Virus record (IMG/VR): IMGVR_UViG_3300015050_000842
Coordinates: 1-64,000 of that record
Source of the DNA: a virus
Taxonomy: Duplodnaviria > Caudoviricetes
Direction: 5' to 3' (one strand)
DNA length: 64,000 bases
Below the pieces are notes generated by a model that ran no database searches, was not told where the DNA came from, and saw only the letters and a program-made list of their open reading frames with translations. The position numbers and the translations under genes are program-made. Of the stretch, positions 9,113 to 19,332 are shown in pieces. How positions within the stretch are numbered: the first letter of the stretch is position 1; every line of letters starts with the position of its first letter.

Positions 9113-9442
9113 TTACGTAGTAACAACACTATTATAGTTTGCAATTGGGTCAGGGCAATCGCAGTATATTACAAGCGTGTCCCCGTTTGCTATCCCACTC
9201 GGTATTGCACTAAAGGTTACAACCTGTACGTTTAACCCTGCTACAAATGAATTGGATGCCGTAGCGGTTACATCGGGCATAGTCGAAGCATCGTATAGGT
9301 ATTTACCTCCTGTTGTGCTATACACCTGAAAAGAACCGCTTGGGATAATGTCGAAGTTATATGCACCTGCGAAAGTTAGCGTTTTAGCTGTGGTGTCTAA
9401 CGTGGTTGATACTGCGTTCCCTGTGCCTATTAATATTTTCAT
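9113..9442 (-). CDS. Small putative structural protein
   Basis: Thr/Ala/Gly-rich beta-type sequence; first gene after a promoter-like box. Confidence 0.5.
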   Translation of the reverse strand: MKILIGTGNAVSTTLDTTAKTLTFAGAYNFDIIPSGSFQVYSTTGGKYLYDASTMPDVTATASNSFVAGLNVQVVTFSAIPSGIANGDTLVIYCDCPDPIANYNSVVTT

Positions 9443-9464
9443 AATAATATGATTTAATGATAAG

Positions 9465-9472
9465 CGAAGATA
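9465..9472 (-). promoter_or_regulatory. Bacteroidota -7 promoter variant TATCTTCG
   Basis: One mismatch to TAnnTTTG, about 22 nt upstream of the ATG at 9442. Confidence 0.4.
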
Positions 9473-9493
9473 AGCACAAATTGGATATTGTTT

Positions 9494-12400
9494 TTAATCG
9501 GGTGCTACTTGTAATGTTTTTGTTTTACTTTCAAGTAATTCTTTCATTTCTTTAGTAGCGTGAGCCTTAGCACCTGACATTAACATCTTGTTTTTTGCTT
9601 CGGGAGTATTTACTACTCTACCATCTTTAACTGCTTGTTTAAAAGATTCATCAAATTCAACTGACCCTTTTTTGTTCCTAATGTATTCTTTAATTAGCTT
9701 GTTTCTTTTATCAATCAGTCTTTTATCAAGGCTATACTTTACATCGTTAATTTCTATCTGTTGCAATTCAGGGTCTTGAAATCCAAATTCCTTTTGAACT
9801 TTTTGTGTTGCTGAATACTCTATTGCACTAATAAAAGATTTTATTTGTTTTTCACTAAGGTCTTTCAGTTTAGGCATATTTGTCTTTATAGACTTATATA
9901 CTTCTTCACTCCATAGTTTATCATATTTCTTAGCTTCTTTGATAGATAGATAAGTTTTAACTCCATCCCTTAATATTGCTTCATCGGAATTTGAATTAAT
10001 GTTTAATCCATTATCTCTTAAAAAACCGATTATTTCTTTATCTTTTGTAGGAATAACCGCTTCAATACTACGCATATAGGTTCTGTCAGGTCTGAAACCT
10101 AAGTAGTCAAATGCCCCATAGTTAAAGAATCCATTTAAGATGCCTACGTTCTCAAAATCTGAACGCATGGAAGGTTGACCTGAAATACCTCTCGTAATAC
10201 CCTCTAAATCTCTTACAAACCTAATAGAGAATAGGGGTAAGTCAAAGTTGCCACCGACAACATTAGCTATCTGACCAAATGCTTTCTCTCTTGCAGGTGG
10301 ATTGTTTTTATTAAACTCTTTTAGTGCTTTTGCTAATTTAGGCATTGCTTCGTACTTCGCAGATTTATCAAATGTATCAGCTATCCACTTAGCAAATTCC
10401 TCCCTATTCATAGCTAATGCCATTAAGGTCATTTGCGGAATTAATGCTGACTCATATCTTTTAAACCACGCATTTCTTTTTCTCCATTCCTCGTACTCAT
10501 CGTCACCACCTGATGCGATTAAACCTAATGTAATCAGTCCTGATGCTACGCCACCTATCAATACCCTCCTTGTAACAGTTTTTCTCCTAAAGTCATCAGT
10601 CAAGTATTCTTCAAGTCTTTTTACATCGTCAGGACTTGATAGGTCTATCTTATTCAATGTTTTTCCCCACCACATTCTTAATGGAGAAATTACATCAAGA
10701 CCTTGTTTCTGTAATCCTAATACTAACCAATTCGTTCCACCTCCGACAAAAGGATTAAGGAAATTTCTATTGAATGTTGCAGTAAGTGTGTACATCGCTG
10801 CTTTATTCCAATCCTTTTCTTTAATCGCTTTCTTAATACGTTCCTCAATAAATGCTTGGTATCTATTCACCATTTCAGATACAATATTGTTTGCTTCGTG
10901 ACCTAATCCATAACCTGCAACTTTATAGGCTGAATCATACGCTGCTTCAATCATTTCTACGGTAACAACATTTCCTGACAATAGATTAGCCTTAACTAAA
11001 TCCATTGCACCACGATATACATTCTCTTTATTGTTGGCTAATACCTCTATACCTGCTTCTGAATTAATCTTGTCTATGATTCTTTCTGACTCTTTTAAAG
11101 CATCCTCGAATTTCTGACCTATAAGTTGTTCATTAATGTACTTAGACGCTTCTTCGGCAGTCATTCTGTTAGGATTAGTTTTATCTGTCATTACTTTTAA
11201 TAATGCAGTCCTAAAGAAAGTTTCTGTCAACGATGCCTTGTTCATACTATCAGCACCTTCTAAATAAGATTTTGCTAATGCAACAGATACAACGTAGTGA
11301 TATGCCCTATTTTTGCTTAATCCGTTAATGTAGTCCTCGATTTGACTTTTGGTTAGGAACGGTGTATTTATCTCACCAAAGTAAAGACCTGCATTTTTAG
11401 TAATATCAGCTTTAATAGTTTTGCTATACTTCTTAATTAACGCATCAAACTCTTTATCACTCAACTCACCGCTTAATAGTCTGCCTACTTCTTGAATTAC
11501 TCTTTCCTGACGACCTGAAATTTGGTTATCTAAGAACTGTTTTACGGATTGTAGCTTTGTTCTTAACATTAAGTTAAATATCTCCGAAGCGGTTTGAATA
11601 AACTTAAATGTATTTGTTCCTTCTTGCCACGCAACCTTGTTAAGCAACTTAGTTATTTTTAGGTTTATCTCCCTAATGAAATGCTTTGAGAAAAACTCAT
11701 TATCATTCATTGAGTACAAGTCTTTCAAAGACGAAGCGAATCTTTCCGCTTCAAAGAACGCTTCCTGACCAATATCACTTAATCCTAATGCTTTATTCAG
11801 TAAGTATTTAAACTCATCGGGATTCTTGTCAAACAGTCCTAAGTCGTACAATTCAGCCAATCTCCTTGCACTACTCTTTCTTGACGTAGGTGATTTTGGA
11901 GTATTTGCTCGTTCAAGTTCTTTTAATGCTTTGGAAACAATGTCTGCCCTTAAATCTTTAATCTCCTGCATAAACGCTTCTTTCATACGTTCTATCTGAA
12001 CATCAGAAAATCCTTTACCCTTTAAAGTCTTTTCAACTATCTCGGTAATGTTGTCGATACTACCTTCCTCTCCTGCGAGTTTCTTCCAATCCAATACTTG
12101 ACGTTTCTCTTTATCTTGCTTAGTGGTGACAGTAATTTCTCTACCATACCCTGCCTCGATTAGAGCCGTTTTAGTGAACTCTTTTGGATTAGGGTCTATT
12201 TGGTTAAGTAAATCTATCTTAGCCTTTCTAATGGCTTTTAATTGCTCTATTTGAGGTGTTGATAATGGGTCTTTCCTTTCCTTTTGAACTTTCTCTTGTT
12301 TTGATATTTGTTCGTCAAGGTCTTTCAACTCATTCTCTAACTTAGTAACAACCGACTTTTCTTTAGACTCATTAATTCTGTCGATAGATTCTTGCGTTAG

Positions 12401-15400
12401 GTATTGATTAGCGACTGTCTTTAATGCTTTCTCTTGTTGTTGTAATGCAACGAGTTCGGCATCTGTTTCAGGCTTGTTTCTAATCTTTAACTCTTTCTTC
12501 TTATCCGCTATCTCTTGCTCTAATTCAGTAATACGTTCTTTAGTTCGTTCTTTAGCTTTCTCAATTCTGTCTTTTGGAGTTTTGCTTTCACTTGCAATAA
12601 CATCACGAATATCTTGAACTGTAATATCGGGCGCAATATCTTTAACGGCATTTAGTATTTCTGATGAAATTTCATTTATCTTAGTAATTCCTAATTCGGC
12701 AAATAGCTTTGTTAGTTTAATAATATGTGGAGTAGCTACTTTTACCTGCTCTGCATAAGGGATTGAAGACATAGCACCACCACCACCTCTTGCTGACTTA
12801 ATTAGGTCTTTACGTAGCTTTTCAATCTCTGCTTTAATATCAGCCTTTACTACCTTTGAGTCACGTTTAACTTTTGGTGCTTCAATGATAATATCATCTG
12901 ATTCTTGTTCTTGTGATTCAGCTTCTTCATTAATAGCATCCATATCCGACTGAATAGCTTTCTCAACTTTTCTTCTGCCATCTAATTGCTTAGTTGTAAA
13001 GAATTGGTCTGTTACTGCTTCAATGTCGTAACCTACCCTTGCTAATTGACGTAACCTACCTAATCCTAATGCTCTTGCTACGGTACGCTGATATTTGATA
13101 GTAATATTCTGTACTAACTTCTCTTGCTTTTTAAGCGTGAGATTATCAGGGTCGTCAAGCAACTGCTTATTCAGGTCGTTCTCTAATGATAGTAGGATTA
13201 AACTTGTGTTGTCTATTCCGAGTGTGCTTGTGTTGTCACGAATGAAAGCTAACAATCCCTCTACGTATTTGTCGCCAAACTCTTGTTTTGCTTGTTCGAT
13301 AATATCTGCCCCTAATTGGAATGTATCTAATATCTTTTTTACACGATATTCTTTTTCTTGCTTAGATAACTCTCTGCCACTTTCTCTTTCTTTATTGCTT
13401 AAAGTATCTTTGAACTCATTGGAGTCTATGCTTGTGTGAGCAAGTTTAACAAACTCTGGACTTGCTTTTGCATCCGACTTAACTTCATCAAATATTGGTT
13501 CAGTTTCCTCAAAGTCACTTTCTACTTTCTTCTTACCTCCATTTGCTTCGTTCCAAGCATCCTTTACAAAGTCGTTTACATCTTCACCGATTGCTTTAGC
13601 AAAATCTTGAACAGTCTTTACTCCTGCTTCAATATAGGCTAATGCTTCTTCTAATAATGCTTTGTGATAGTTAAATAATGCTTTAGCTTTTTCTTTAGGG
13701 TCTTGTGCTATTCCTAAGTTTCTGTTTAGAGCATCAAGTTTTGCTTTTGCTTCTTTTCTATTTTGAGCAAGTTCTTCAATCTTTGTTAGCGCCTTTTTAG
13801 GTTCTTTTTGCTTATTTTCTTCGTTTTTTGACTTTAAATCAACTTTTGATAAAGCGCCTTTCTCTGCCTTTAAAGCATCAGCTTCGGCACTAAACCGTTC
13901 TCTAATCTTTTCTACTGCATTGGGATTAGCTTTTTCATTTTTAGCTTGTTCGTAGATACCTGCTTCTTTCAAAGCATCGTGGAATTTAGCCATGACCTTA
14001 CGTTGGTCTTTCTCTATCTCTGCTAAAGTTCGAGTTGACTTTTTGGTTTCGGTTTTTGTGCCTTTTGTATCTTTTTGATTTGATACATTCTCTTGGCTTT
14101 CTGTGCTTGTGTTAATTTCATCTTCTGTAAAGTTAAGTTCTTGATTTTTTTCTTCTTCGGATAGGTTATTAAACCACTCGTCATACTCTTTGGCTAACTC
14201 TGCTTCATTGGCGGTTATTTCAGCTATATCCTCGCTTGTAAGGTCGTTATTATACGCATCTGATATAGGAACAAACATTCTGTTATTAATTGCACCTGAA
14301 CCTTGTGTGAAGTTATATCCACCTTCCTCTTTAGCTTTGTTAATAGCTTTAATAAGTCTACGTGCAGGGGCGGTATCTTTTCCTGCTAATATATCTTTCT
14401 GACCTTTACGAATATCAGTCCATTCCATACCCAAATCAGGTCGTGGACTAAATCTATCACCATCCCAAGTAATAGCACCTTTCTCTATTTCCGACTTAGC
14501 AAATTCTACTTCTTGCTTCTCCCTGCTTTCTGTAACGATATTGCTATTGCTTGGCGTTGTTTGGCTTTCTGCGACATTACTTTCTTGGTATTGCCTATCT
14601 TCTTGCTTCCCTTGTTGCTGTTCAGTAACTCCCTCACGTTCTGTGATATTACTTTGTTCGATGTTCCCTTGATTAACGGCATTTTCTTGTTCGTTTAAAA
14701 ATTTATTAATTTTCTGTTCACTCCATTCGTCAGAAGTCATATCAATAGTAGTGACATCTGCTTTTATTTTAGTGTTTCCCTTAACCGCTTCGGTAGATAT
14801 TCTGTGGTGTCCGTCTAAAACAAATAGACCGTCATTAAATCTAACAAGTTTAGGATTACCGATAGTGAGTTTTCCGCCTATTCCTGACTTGTCAACCAAT
14901 TCTTGTGTTGGTGTAATTTCAGATAAGTCAACTGTTTCCTCTTTTGTATTGTCTTTATTTTCAGAAATAAAAGGTTTAAATTGTGGACTATCGACATCTG
15001 GCAAACCTACATTATTTGATTTATTTTTAAAAAACTGCCTTGTTGGATAAACGTCTTTTGCTTTTACGCCTTCCATTTTAGCAAGACCTTCTTCTGAAAA
15101 ATTTAATCTAATAGATTTTGGTTTTTCAATTTCAGATATAGTGACATCTGCTTCTTCGGTGTCAATTGTTGGTTTTTCAAGTGGGGGTATTTCTTGCGCT
15201 TTTTCTTTCGGAACTGATTGAGTTTCTAATTCGTACTGTTGCTTAGATATTTCTTCCAATTCCCCATCCTCTCCTAATTGCTTATACCACTTATCCCTTT
15301 CAGGGTCTTTTGAATACTTAAATTTTTCATCTGCCGTAGCTTCAATAATATTATCGTTAAGACTTTGTTTTTTGGCTTCAAGAATATCTATATCTTGTTG

Positions 15401-16906
15401 TGCTTGTGGTGCTAAAGACTCGTCATAAGCCTTCATTTGTTCTTGCTTAACCTTTATGGCTTCGGCAACATTATCTCTCTCTACAATGGCTTGTATAGCT
15501 TCCTTACGTTTTTTAGCACCTATATCAAAAGGTATAACTTCCGTAGCTTTAATATACTTACCTAAATTTGTTCCTATTTCATTCCACCTATCAGCATCTA
15601 AAGAACCATTATTATACCTATCAGATAATTCTTTTTTTAGTTCAGACGCTATTTCATATAATGTTTCTTTATTTGTAGCTGATGAAACTCGCTCTGCCAC
15701 CATATCATCAACTGATTTCATCCCACGTAAAGCACTCCCTGTAATGCCACCCAATACCGCACCGCCTCCAATTTCATTAATTCTATTTTTCCAAAAATCT
15801 TCTACAACCTCTTGCTCGTTAAATATGCCAAGATTTGATGTTATATTGGTTAAACCTTTTAGAATATCAGTAGATAAACCTGTTATCCCCTCTGTTCCAC
15901 CCTCAACACCTGCCGATGCAATACCTTTTAATCCTACTGATTTGAATTTATTTATTCCTTTTTTAGCTATACGACTTGCAGTTTCTTCGATAACATCTGC
16001 CGTAATCTTTCCTGTTGTTTTTGTTGCAAGTTCTTGTACTGTTTCCTTTAAAATAGCTTCCTTCACTTTTTTAGCAACAGGATTACTCTTGGTCATAAAT
16101 CCTAATGAATATCTATCGGCAATACTACTGATTGTACTATAAGCGATTCCAAAAATTTCTCTTGCATTATCTAATCCAACAGGGTCATCAGTAGTTCTGT
16201 TTCCTACTGCTTTGTCAAACTCTTTAAGACCTTGACTATAACCTTGTGCTAAGTATGATGCGCCTGCTGTTGGAATTGCAAGACCCATATCCCCTGCAAA
16301 CCTTGAAATCATTAATGGAAGTGCTTTAGCGTTTTCTTTTGTAAAAACTCCTTTAGTTAAATCAAAACCCTGTTGAACTTCTTCTTCGTATTTTTTTGAG
16401 GATGAACCTGAACGTAATTTTTCAGTAACTTGCTCTGCTTTTCCTCCAAGTACATCGGCAGTCGCTTTCATTATCGGGTTTCCGTATGGATTAGACTTGG
16501 CAATAAGTCGTGTCATTCCACCTAAAAAATCTGAACCTGAACCTATAAGTTGGTTATACATAGCACCGAGATAATTGTTATCATCTTCTACGGCTTCTGA
16601 AATAGTTTTAGGCTTTACCTTTGGCTTAACGTAGGGGGTAGGTTTAGTATCGACAGGGCTTTGGAAAGGCTCGAAGCCACGATTTGAAGTCTGTGTACCA
16701 CTCGTTGAAACGGGTGTAGTAAGTTCTTTTTTTTTTATTTTGGTTGAAAAAGTATCGAAATCACCCAAATCATATTCCGCACCAACGCCATCGTAAAATG
16801 CTTTACGCTTAGTATCATCTTGTAGCTTTACTTGAAATTCATCAAATGAACCTACATTATAATCCTTAGATACTGCATCGTATAATATTTTTACTTTATC
16901 AGGCAT
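9494..16906 (-). CDS. Giant (2470 aa) internal virion/ejection protein with a ParB/Srx-like domain
   Basis: Largest of three genes after the tail stabilisation gene; helical and charged; N-terminal LYD..S..Y.+G.FDEF repeat; VDLSEITPTQ...VLDGHHR at about 14750-14940. Confidence 0.7.
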   Translation of the reverse strand: MPDKVKILYDAVSKDYNVGSFDEFQVKLQDDTKRKAFYDGVGAEYDLGDFDTFSTKIKKKELTTPVSTSGTQTSNRGFEPFQSPVDTKPTPYVKPKVKPKTISEAVEDDNNYLGAMYNQLIGSGSDFLGGMTRLIAKSNPYGNPIMKATADVLGGKAEQVTEKLRSGSSSKKYEEEVQQGFDLTKGVFTKENAKALPLMISRFAGDMGLAIPTAGASYLAQGYSQGLKEFDKAVGNRTTDDPVGLDNAREIFGIAYSTISSIADRYSLGFMTKSNPVAKKVKEAILKETVQELATKTTGKITADVIEETASRIAKKGINKFKSVGLKGIASAGVEGGTEGITGLSTDILKGLTNITSNLGIFNEQEVVEDFWKNRINEIGGGAVLGGITGSALRGMKSVDDMVAERVSSATNKETLYEIASELKKELSDRYNNGSLDADRWNEIGTNLGKYIKATEVIPFDIGAKKRKEAIQAIVERDNVAEAIKVKQEQMKAYDESLAPQAQQDIDILEAKKQSLNDNIIEATADEKFKYSKDPERDKWYKQLGEDGELEEISKQQYELETQSVPKEKAQEIPPLEKPTIDTEEADVTISEIEKPKSIRLNFSEEGLAKMEGVKAKDVYPTRQFFKNKSNNVGLPDVDSPQFKPFISENKDNTKEETVDLSEITPTQELVDKSGIGGKLTIGNPKLVRFNDGLFVLDGHHRISTEAVKGNTKIKADVTTIDMTSDEWSEQKINKFLNEQENAVNQGNIEQSNITEREGVTEQQQGKQEDRQYQESNVAESQTTPSNSNIVTESREKQEVEFAKSEIEKGAITWDGDRFSPRPDLGMEWTDIRKGQKDILAGKDTAPARRLIKAINKAKEEGGYNFTQGSGAINNRMFVPISDAYNNDLTSEDIAEITANEAELAKEYDEWFNNLSEEEKNQELNFTEDEINTSTESQENVSNQKDTKGTKTETKKSTRTLAEIEKDQRKVMAKFHDALKEAGIYEQAKNEKANPNAVEKIRERFSAEADALKAEKGALSKVDLKSKNEENKQKEPKKALTKIEELAQNRKEAKAKLDALNRNLGIAQDPKEKAKALFNYHKALLEEALAYIEAGVKTVQDFAKAIGEDVNDFVKDAWNEANGGKKKVESDFEETEPIFDEVKSDAKASPEFVKLAHTSIDSNEFKDTLSNKERESGRELSKQEKEYRVKKILDTFQLGADIIEQAKQEFGDKYVEGLLAFIRDNTSTLGIDNTSLILLSLENDLNKQLLDDPDNLTLKKQEKLVQNITIKYQRTVARALGLGRLRQLARVGYDIEAVTDQFFTTKQLDGRRKVEKAIQSDMDAINEEAESQEQESDDIIIEAPKVKRDSKVVKADIKAEIEKLRKDLIKSARGGGGAMSSIPYAEQVKVATPHIIKLTKLFAELGITKINEISSEILNAVKDIAPDITVQDIRDVIASESKTPKDRIEKAKERTKERITELEQEIADKKKELKIRNKPETDAELVALQQQEKALKTVANQYLTQESIDRINESKEKSVVTKLENELKDLDEQISKQEKVQKERKDPLSTPQIEQLKAIRKAKIDLLNQIDPNPKEFTKTALIEAGYGREITVTTKQDKEKRQVLDWKKLAGEEGSIDNITEIVEKTLKGKGFSDVQIERMKEAFMQEIKDLRADIVSKALKELERANTPKSPTSRKSSARRLAELYDLGLFDKNPDEFKYLLNKALGLSDIGQEAFFEAERFASSLKDLYSMNDNEFFSKHFIREINLKITKLLNKVAWQEGTNTFKFIQTASEIFNLMLRTKLQSVKQFLDNQISGRQERVIQEVGRLLSGELSDKEFDALIKKYSKTIKADITKNAGLYFGEINTPFLTKSQIEDYINGLSKNRAYHYVVSVALAKSYLEGADSMNKASLTETFFRTALLKVMTDKTNPNRMTAEEASKYINEQLIGQKFEDALKESERIIDKINSEAGIEVLANNKENVYRGAMDLVKANLLSGNVVTVEMIEAAYDSAYKVAGYGLGHEANNIVSEMVNRYQAFIEERIKKAIKEKDWNKAAMYTLTATFNRNFLNPFVGGGTNWLVLGLQKQGLDVISPLRMWWGKTLNKIDLSSPDDVKRLEEYLTDDFRRKTVTRRVLIGGVASGLITLGLIASGGDDEYEEWRKRNAWFKRYESALIPQMTLMALAMNREEFAKWIADTFDKSAKYEAMPKLAKALKEFNKNNPPAREKAFGQIANVVGGNFDLPLFSIRFVRDLEGITRGISGQPSMRSDFENVGILNGFFNYGAFDYLGFRPDRTYMRSIEAVIPTKDKEIIGFLRDNGLNINSNSDEAILRDGVKTYLSIKEAKKYDKLWSEEVYKSIKTNMPKLKDLSEKQIKSFISAIEYSATQKVQKEFGFQDPELQQIEINDVKYSLDKRLIDKRNKLIKEYIRNKKGSVEFDESFKQAVKDGRVVNTPEAKNKMLMSGAKAHATKEMKELLESKTKTLQVAPD

Positions 16907-16908
16907 AT

Positions 16909-18267
16909 TTAGAATCCTTTAATTGTTTTCTTACCGCTTGTTGGTTGTGTTGTTTTCTGTGGTTGGCTTGTCGCAGGTTTGTTCGCTTGTGAAAGAACTT
17001 TTGCTTTCGCTGCCTTAAACCCTTCATCTGTTTTAACCTTTATAGGTAAGTCTGATTCATTAACTACATACTCAACACCGTTATTTAGCACAAGTGCTTT
17101 TAATTCTTGCTTACCACCTTTTGTTTTTGTTAGACCCAATCCTGCTAATGAAACTTGTCCTCCTGCACCCATTTGTTCGTTTCTACCTGTTCGTAGATTT
17201 AAGACGTTATTTAGTTGCGTAGAAATAAAGTTTTTTTCTGTTGGCTTTATAAAGTAGTCGAACTTTATTGTTTGAACAGGTCTGTCTGCATCTGAACCAT
17301 CTGCTCTTATAACTGCATTACCGTAGAATTTCTTATCAACCTCAACTTCTCCTATCGAACTATCATCTTCACTTTCAGACTTAGCTAACCTGCGTTCTGC
17401 CAATGATAACATTCGCTTTTGATAATCGGTCATATCACGATTAGGGACAACATAGCTTTTTGAACCTTCATCCTTAACTAATGGAGCGTTTGTCACCATA
17501 TCTGTTAATGCCATTTGCATTGACTGACCTTCGTTATTATCCCAATCTAACTGTGGGTAAGATTCTTCAAGGATTGCCTTAAATCCATCGTTTCCACGAT
17601 ATAGCATTTCATACGCCCTAATTTGTGCTTCTTGTGGCACTCTTTTTATCTTAGCAAACTCGGCTACCGTTAAATCTCCTGCTTTCTTTGTTACACCCTC
17701 TACTTCATCGTACTTTCCAAACTTTAACAATTCTTCGTTTAACTTATTTATTTCAGACACAACCTTACTTTTATCGTAACCTAAAGGAATAGTGCTGTAA
17801 TCTACAATGTCGTCTTTGGAGTAGATTGGTGCTGATAATGATTTGTTGTATAATTGTTTACCTTGCTCACTAAAGAAATGTGGCTTACCTAAAACTTTAG
17901 TTCCTACCGCTAAATCTCGTTGCGTCTTAGCTTTAGAATCAAATACGTATTTTTGGGCTTTCTGTCTTTCTTTCTCTGCTTCTGCTTGTAACCTGAATCG
18001 TTCTTTCGGGTCTTTAGCTTTCATCGCTTCGTAGGTCTTATTCTTCCAACCGTCATACACTTGATAGAAACCATCCTTGTCTACTTCACGTAATCCCTCT
18101 GTGTTGAATTGAGATAACTTATCCGCTAATGCTTTCTGTTCTGCTTCACGTTTAGCTTGTTGCTGTACTACTGTACGAGCATACGTATTTACTGCGTTTT
18201 GGGTGCTATTGTAGATTTGGGCTGCACCCTGATTTATACCTCTGCTGACGTTTAATCCCTCTGCCAT
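16909..18267 (-). CDS. Internal virion/ejection protein (start probably ATG 18267, MAEGLNVSRG)
   Basis: TAATG overlap with the upstream gene; Gln/Ala/Lys-rich; position between ejection genes. Confidence 0.6.
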   Translation of the reverse strand: MAEGLNVSRGINQGAAQIYNSTQNAVNTYARTVVQQQAKREAEQKALADKLSQFNTEGLREVDKDGFYQVYDGWKNKTYEAMKAKDPKERFRLQAEAEKERQKAQKYVFDSKAKTQRDLAVGTKVLGKPHFFSEQGKQLYNKSLSAPIYSKDDIVDYSTIPLGYDKSKVVSEINKLNEELLKFGKYDEVEGVTKKAGDLTVAEFAKIKRVPQEAQIRAYEMLYRGNDGFKAILEESYPQLDWDNNEGQSMQMALTDMVTNAPLVKDEGSKSYVVPNRDMTDYQKRMLSLAERRLAKSESEDDSSIGEVEVDKKFYGNAVIRADGSDADRPVQTIKFDYFIKPTEKNFISTQLNNVLNLRTGRNEQMGAGGQVSLAGLGLTKTKGGKQELKALVLNNGVEYVVNESDLPIKVKTDEGFKAAKAKVLSQANKPATSQPQKTTQPTSGKKTIKGF

Positions 18268-19043
18268 TATCTTCTGTAAGGTATTCCTCTCCAATAATTA
18301 GGTTGCATCTGACCCATTCCTGTAATCTTGTTGTAATTACTCATACCTCCGAACCCGCTAAATGGATAGCCACTCATAGGTTGTGTTGATTGTGGATTAG
18401 GCATACCGAATTGAGATAGGTATTGTTGTGAGTTGAAAGGCGACTGTGAAACTCCTGTTGCCATTTGTCCCTGACTATCACCTGACATTTTACCACCGTT
18501 AAGCATAGCCATTTGACCAATTTGAGATAGTTCGCTTAATCCTCCCATTACGTTCTGACGACCTGCACCTTGTAACGCTGCTGCTGCATCAGCTTGTTCG
18601 CCAAATTTTTGGAATTTATCCCATTGTTGTTTCGCTAACTGTTGCTGACCGATTTGACTTCTGTAACCCATAGCTGACCTTTGATTAGCCATTCTTGCAT
18701 TTGCATCTGCTACGTCTAATCCTAAAGTTGCATCGTTTCCTGCTCTTACAATTCCTGCTAAACCTCTTGGATTGCCCATTCTGCCAAACTGACGTAATGC
18801 CGATGCTTGGTTTCTTTGGAAGTTTTGCTGTGCTTGGTTATATTGCTGTTGTGGCAGACCAATCTTTGCCATATTCTCGGCAATAGCTAAGTTCTGATGA
18901 AACTCTTTGGGTATTTCGTAGGTAGGTCTTATGTTTTGCTTGGCAAGTTTATTCCCTTTTGCGCCTTGGAAAATGCCTTGAATGCCTTTCACAACTGACG
19001 GTATCGCTGCTATACCTGCTGATATTAATTGCGGTGGAATCAT
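18267..19043 (-). CDS. Small internal virion/ejection protein
   Basis: Gly/Ala/Gln/Met-rich with an amphipathic N-terminus, typical of podovirus pilot/ejection proteins. Confidence 0.65.
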   Translation of the reverse strand: MIPPQLISAGIAAIPSVVKGIQGIFQGAKGNKLAKQNIRPTYEIPKEFHQNLAIAENMAKIGLPQQQYNQAQQNFQRNQASALRQFGRMGNPRGLAGIVRAGNDATLGLDVADANARMANQRSAMGYRSQIGQQQLAKQQWDKFQKFGEQADAAAALQGAGRQNVMGGLSELSQIGQMAMLNGGKMSGDSQGQMATGVSQSPFNSQQYLSQFGMPNPQSTQPMSGYPFSGFGGMSNYNKITGMGQMQPNYWRGIPYRR

Positions 19044-19061
19044 AATGCTATTCTTTTAAAA

Positions 19062-19069
19062 CAAATGTA
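19062..19069 (-). promoter_or_regulatory. Bacteroidota -7 promoter TACATTTG
   Basis: Exact TAnnTTTG 18 nt upstream of the ATG at 19043. Confidence 0.6.
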
Positions 19070-19083
19070 ACGATATTTACAAC

Positions 19084-19329
19084 TTATTTTTTACCTATTG
19101 ATTGTAACGCTCTGCCACGTTCATCTTCAATCTCTTTTTGTAACTCTACACACCTTACTACAAACAGTAGAAACGGTATCGGGAAACGTGCTATTCTCTC
19201 ATACAACTCAAAAAGTGGTGTCCGTGAGTCGTATAACCTGATACAAGCATCTAAAGTATTCATGTTTATCTTACTTATTGCTTTGTTCTTTTTACACAAA
19301 TCTGCTATGTACTGCCTGTGGTGGTTCAC
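19084..19329 (-). CDS. Hypothetical protein
   Basis: Packed ORF. Confidence 0.55.
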   Translation of the reverse strand: MNHHRQYIADLCKKNKAISKINMNTLDACIRLYDSRTPLFELYERIARFPIPFLLFVVRCVELQKEIEDERGRALQSIGKK

Positions 19330-19332
19330 TTT

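Noticed and set aside
14450-14475. RNA polymerase catalytic motif in the giant protein (TWDGD)
   Set aside because: It lacks the first Asp of DxDxD, and no double-psi-barrel context was recognised.
9588-18886. Numerous plus-strand ORFs opposite the ejection genes
   Set aside because: Antisense shadows with no start context or recognisable motifs.
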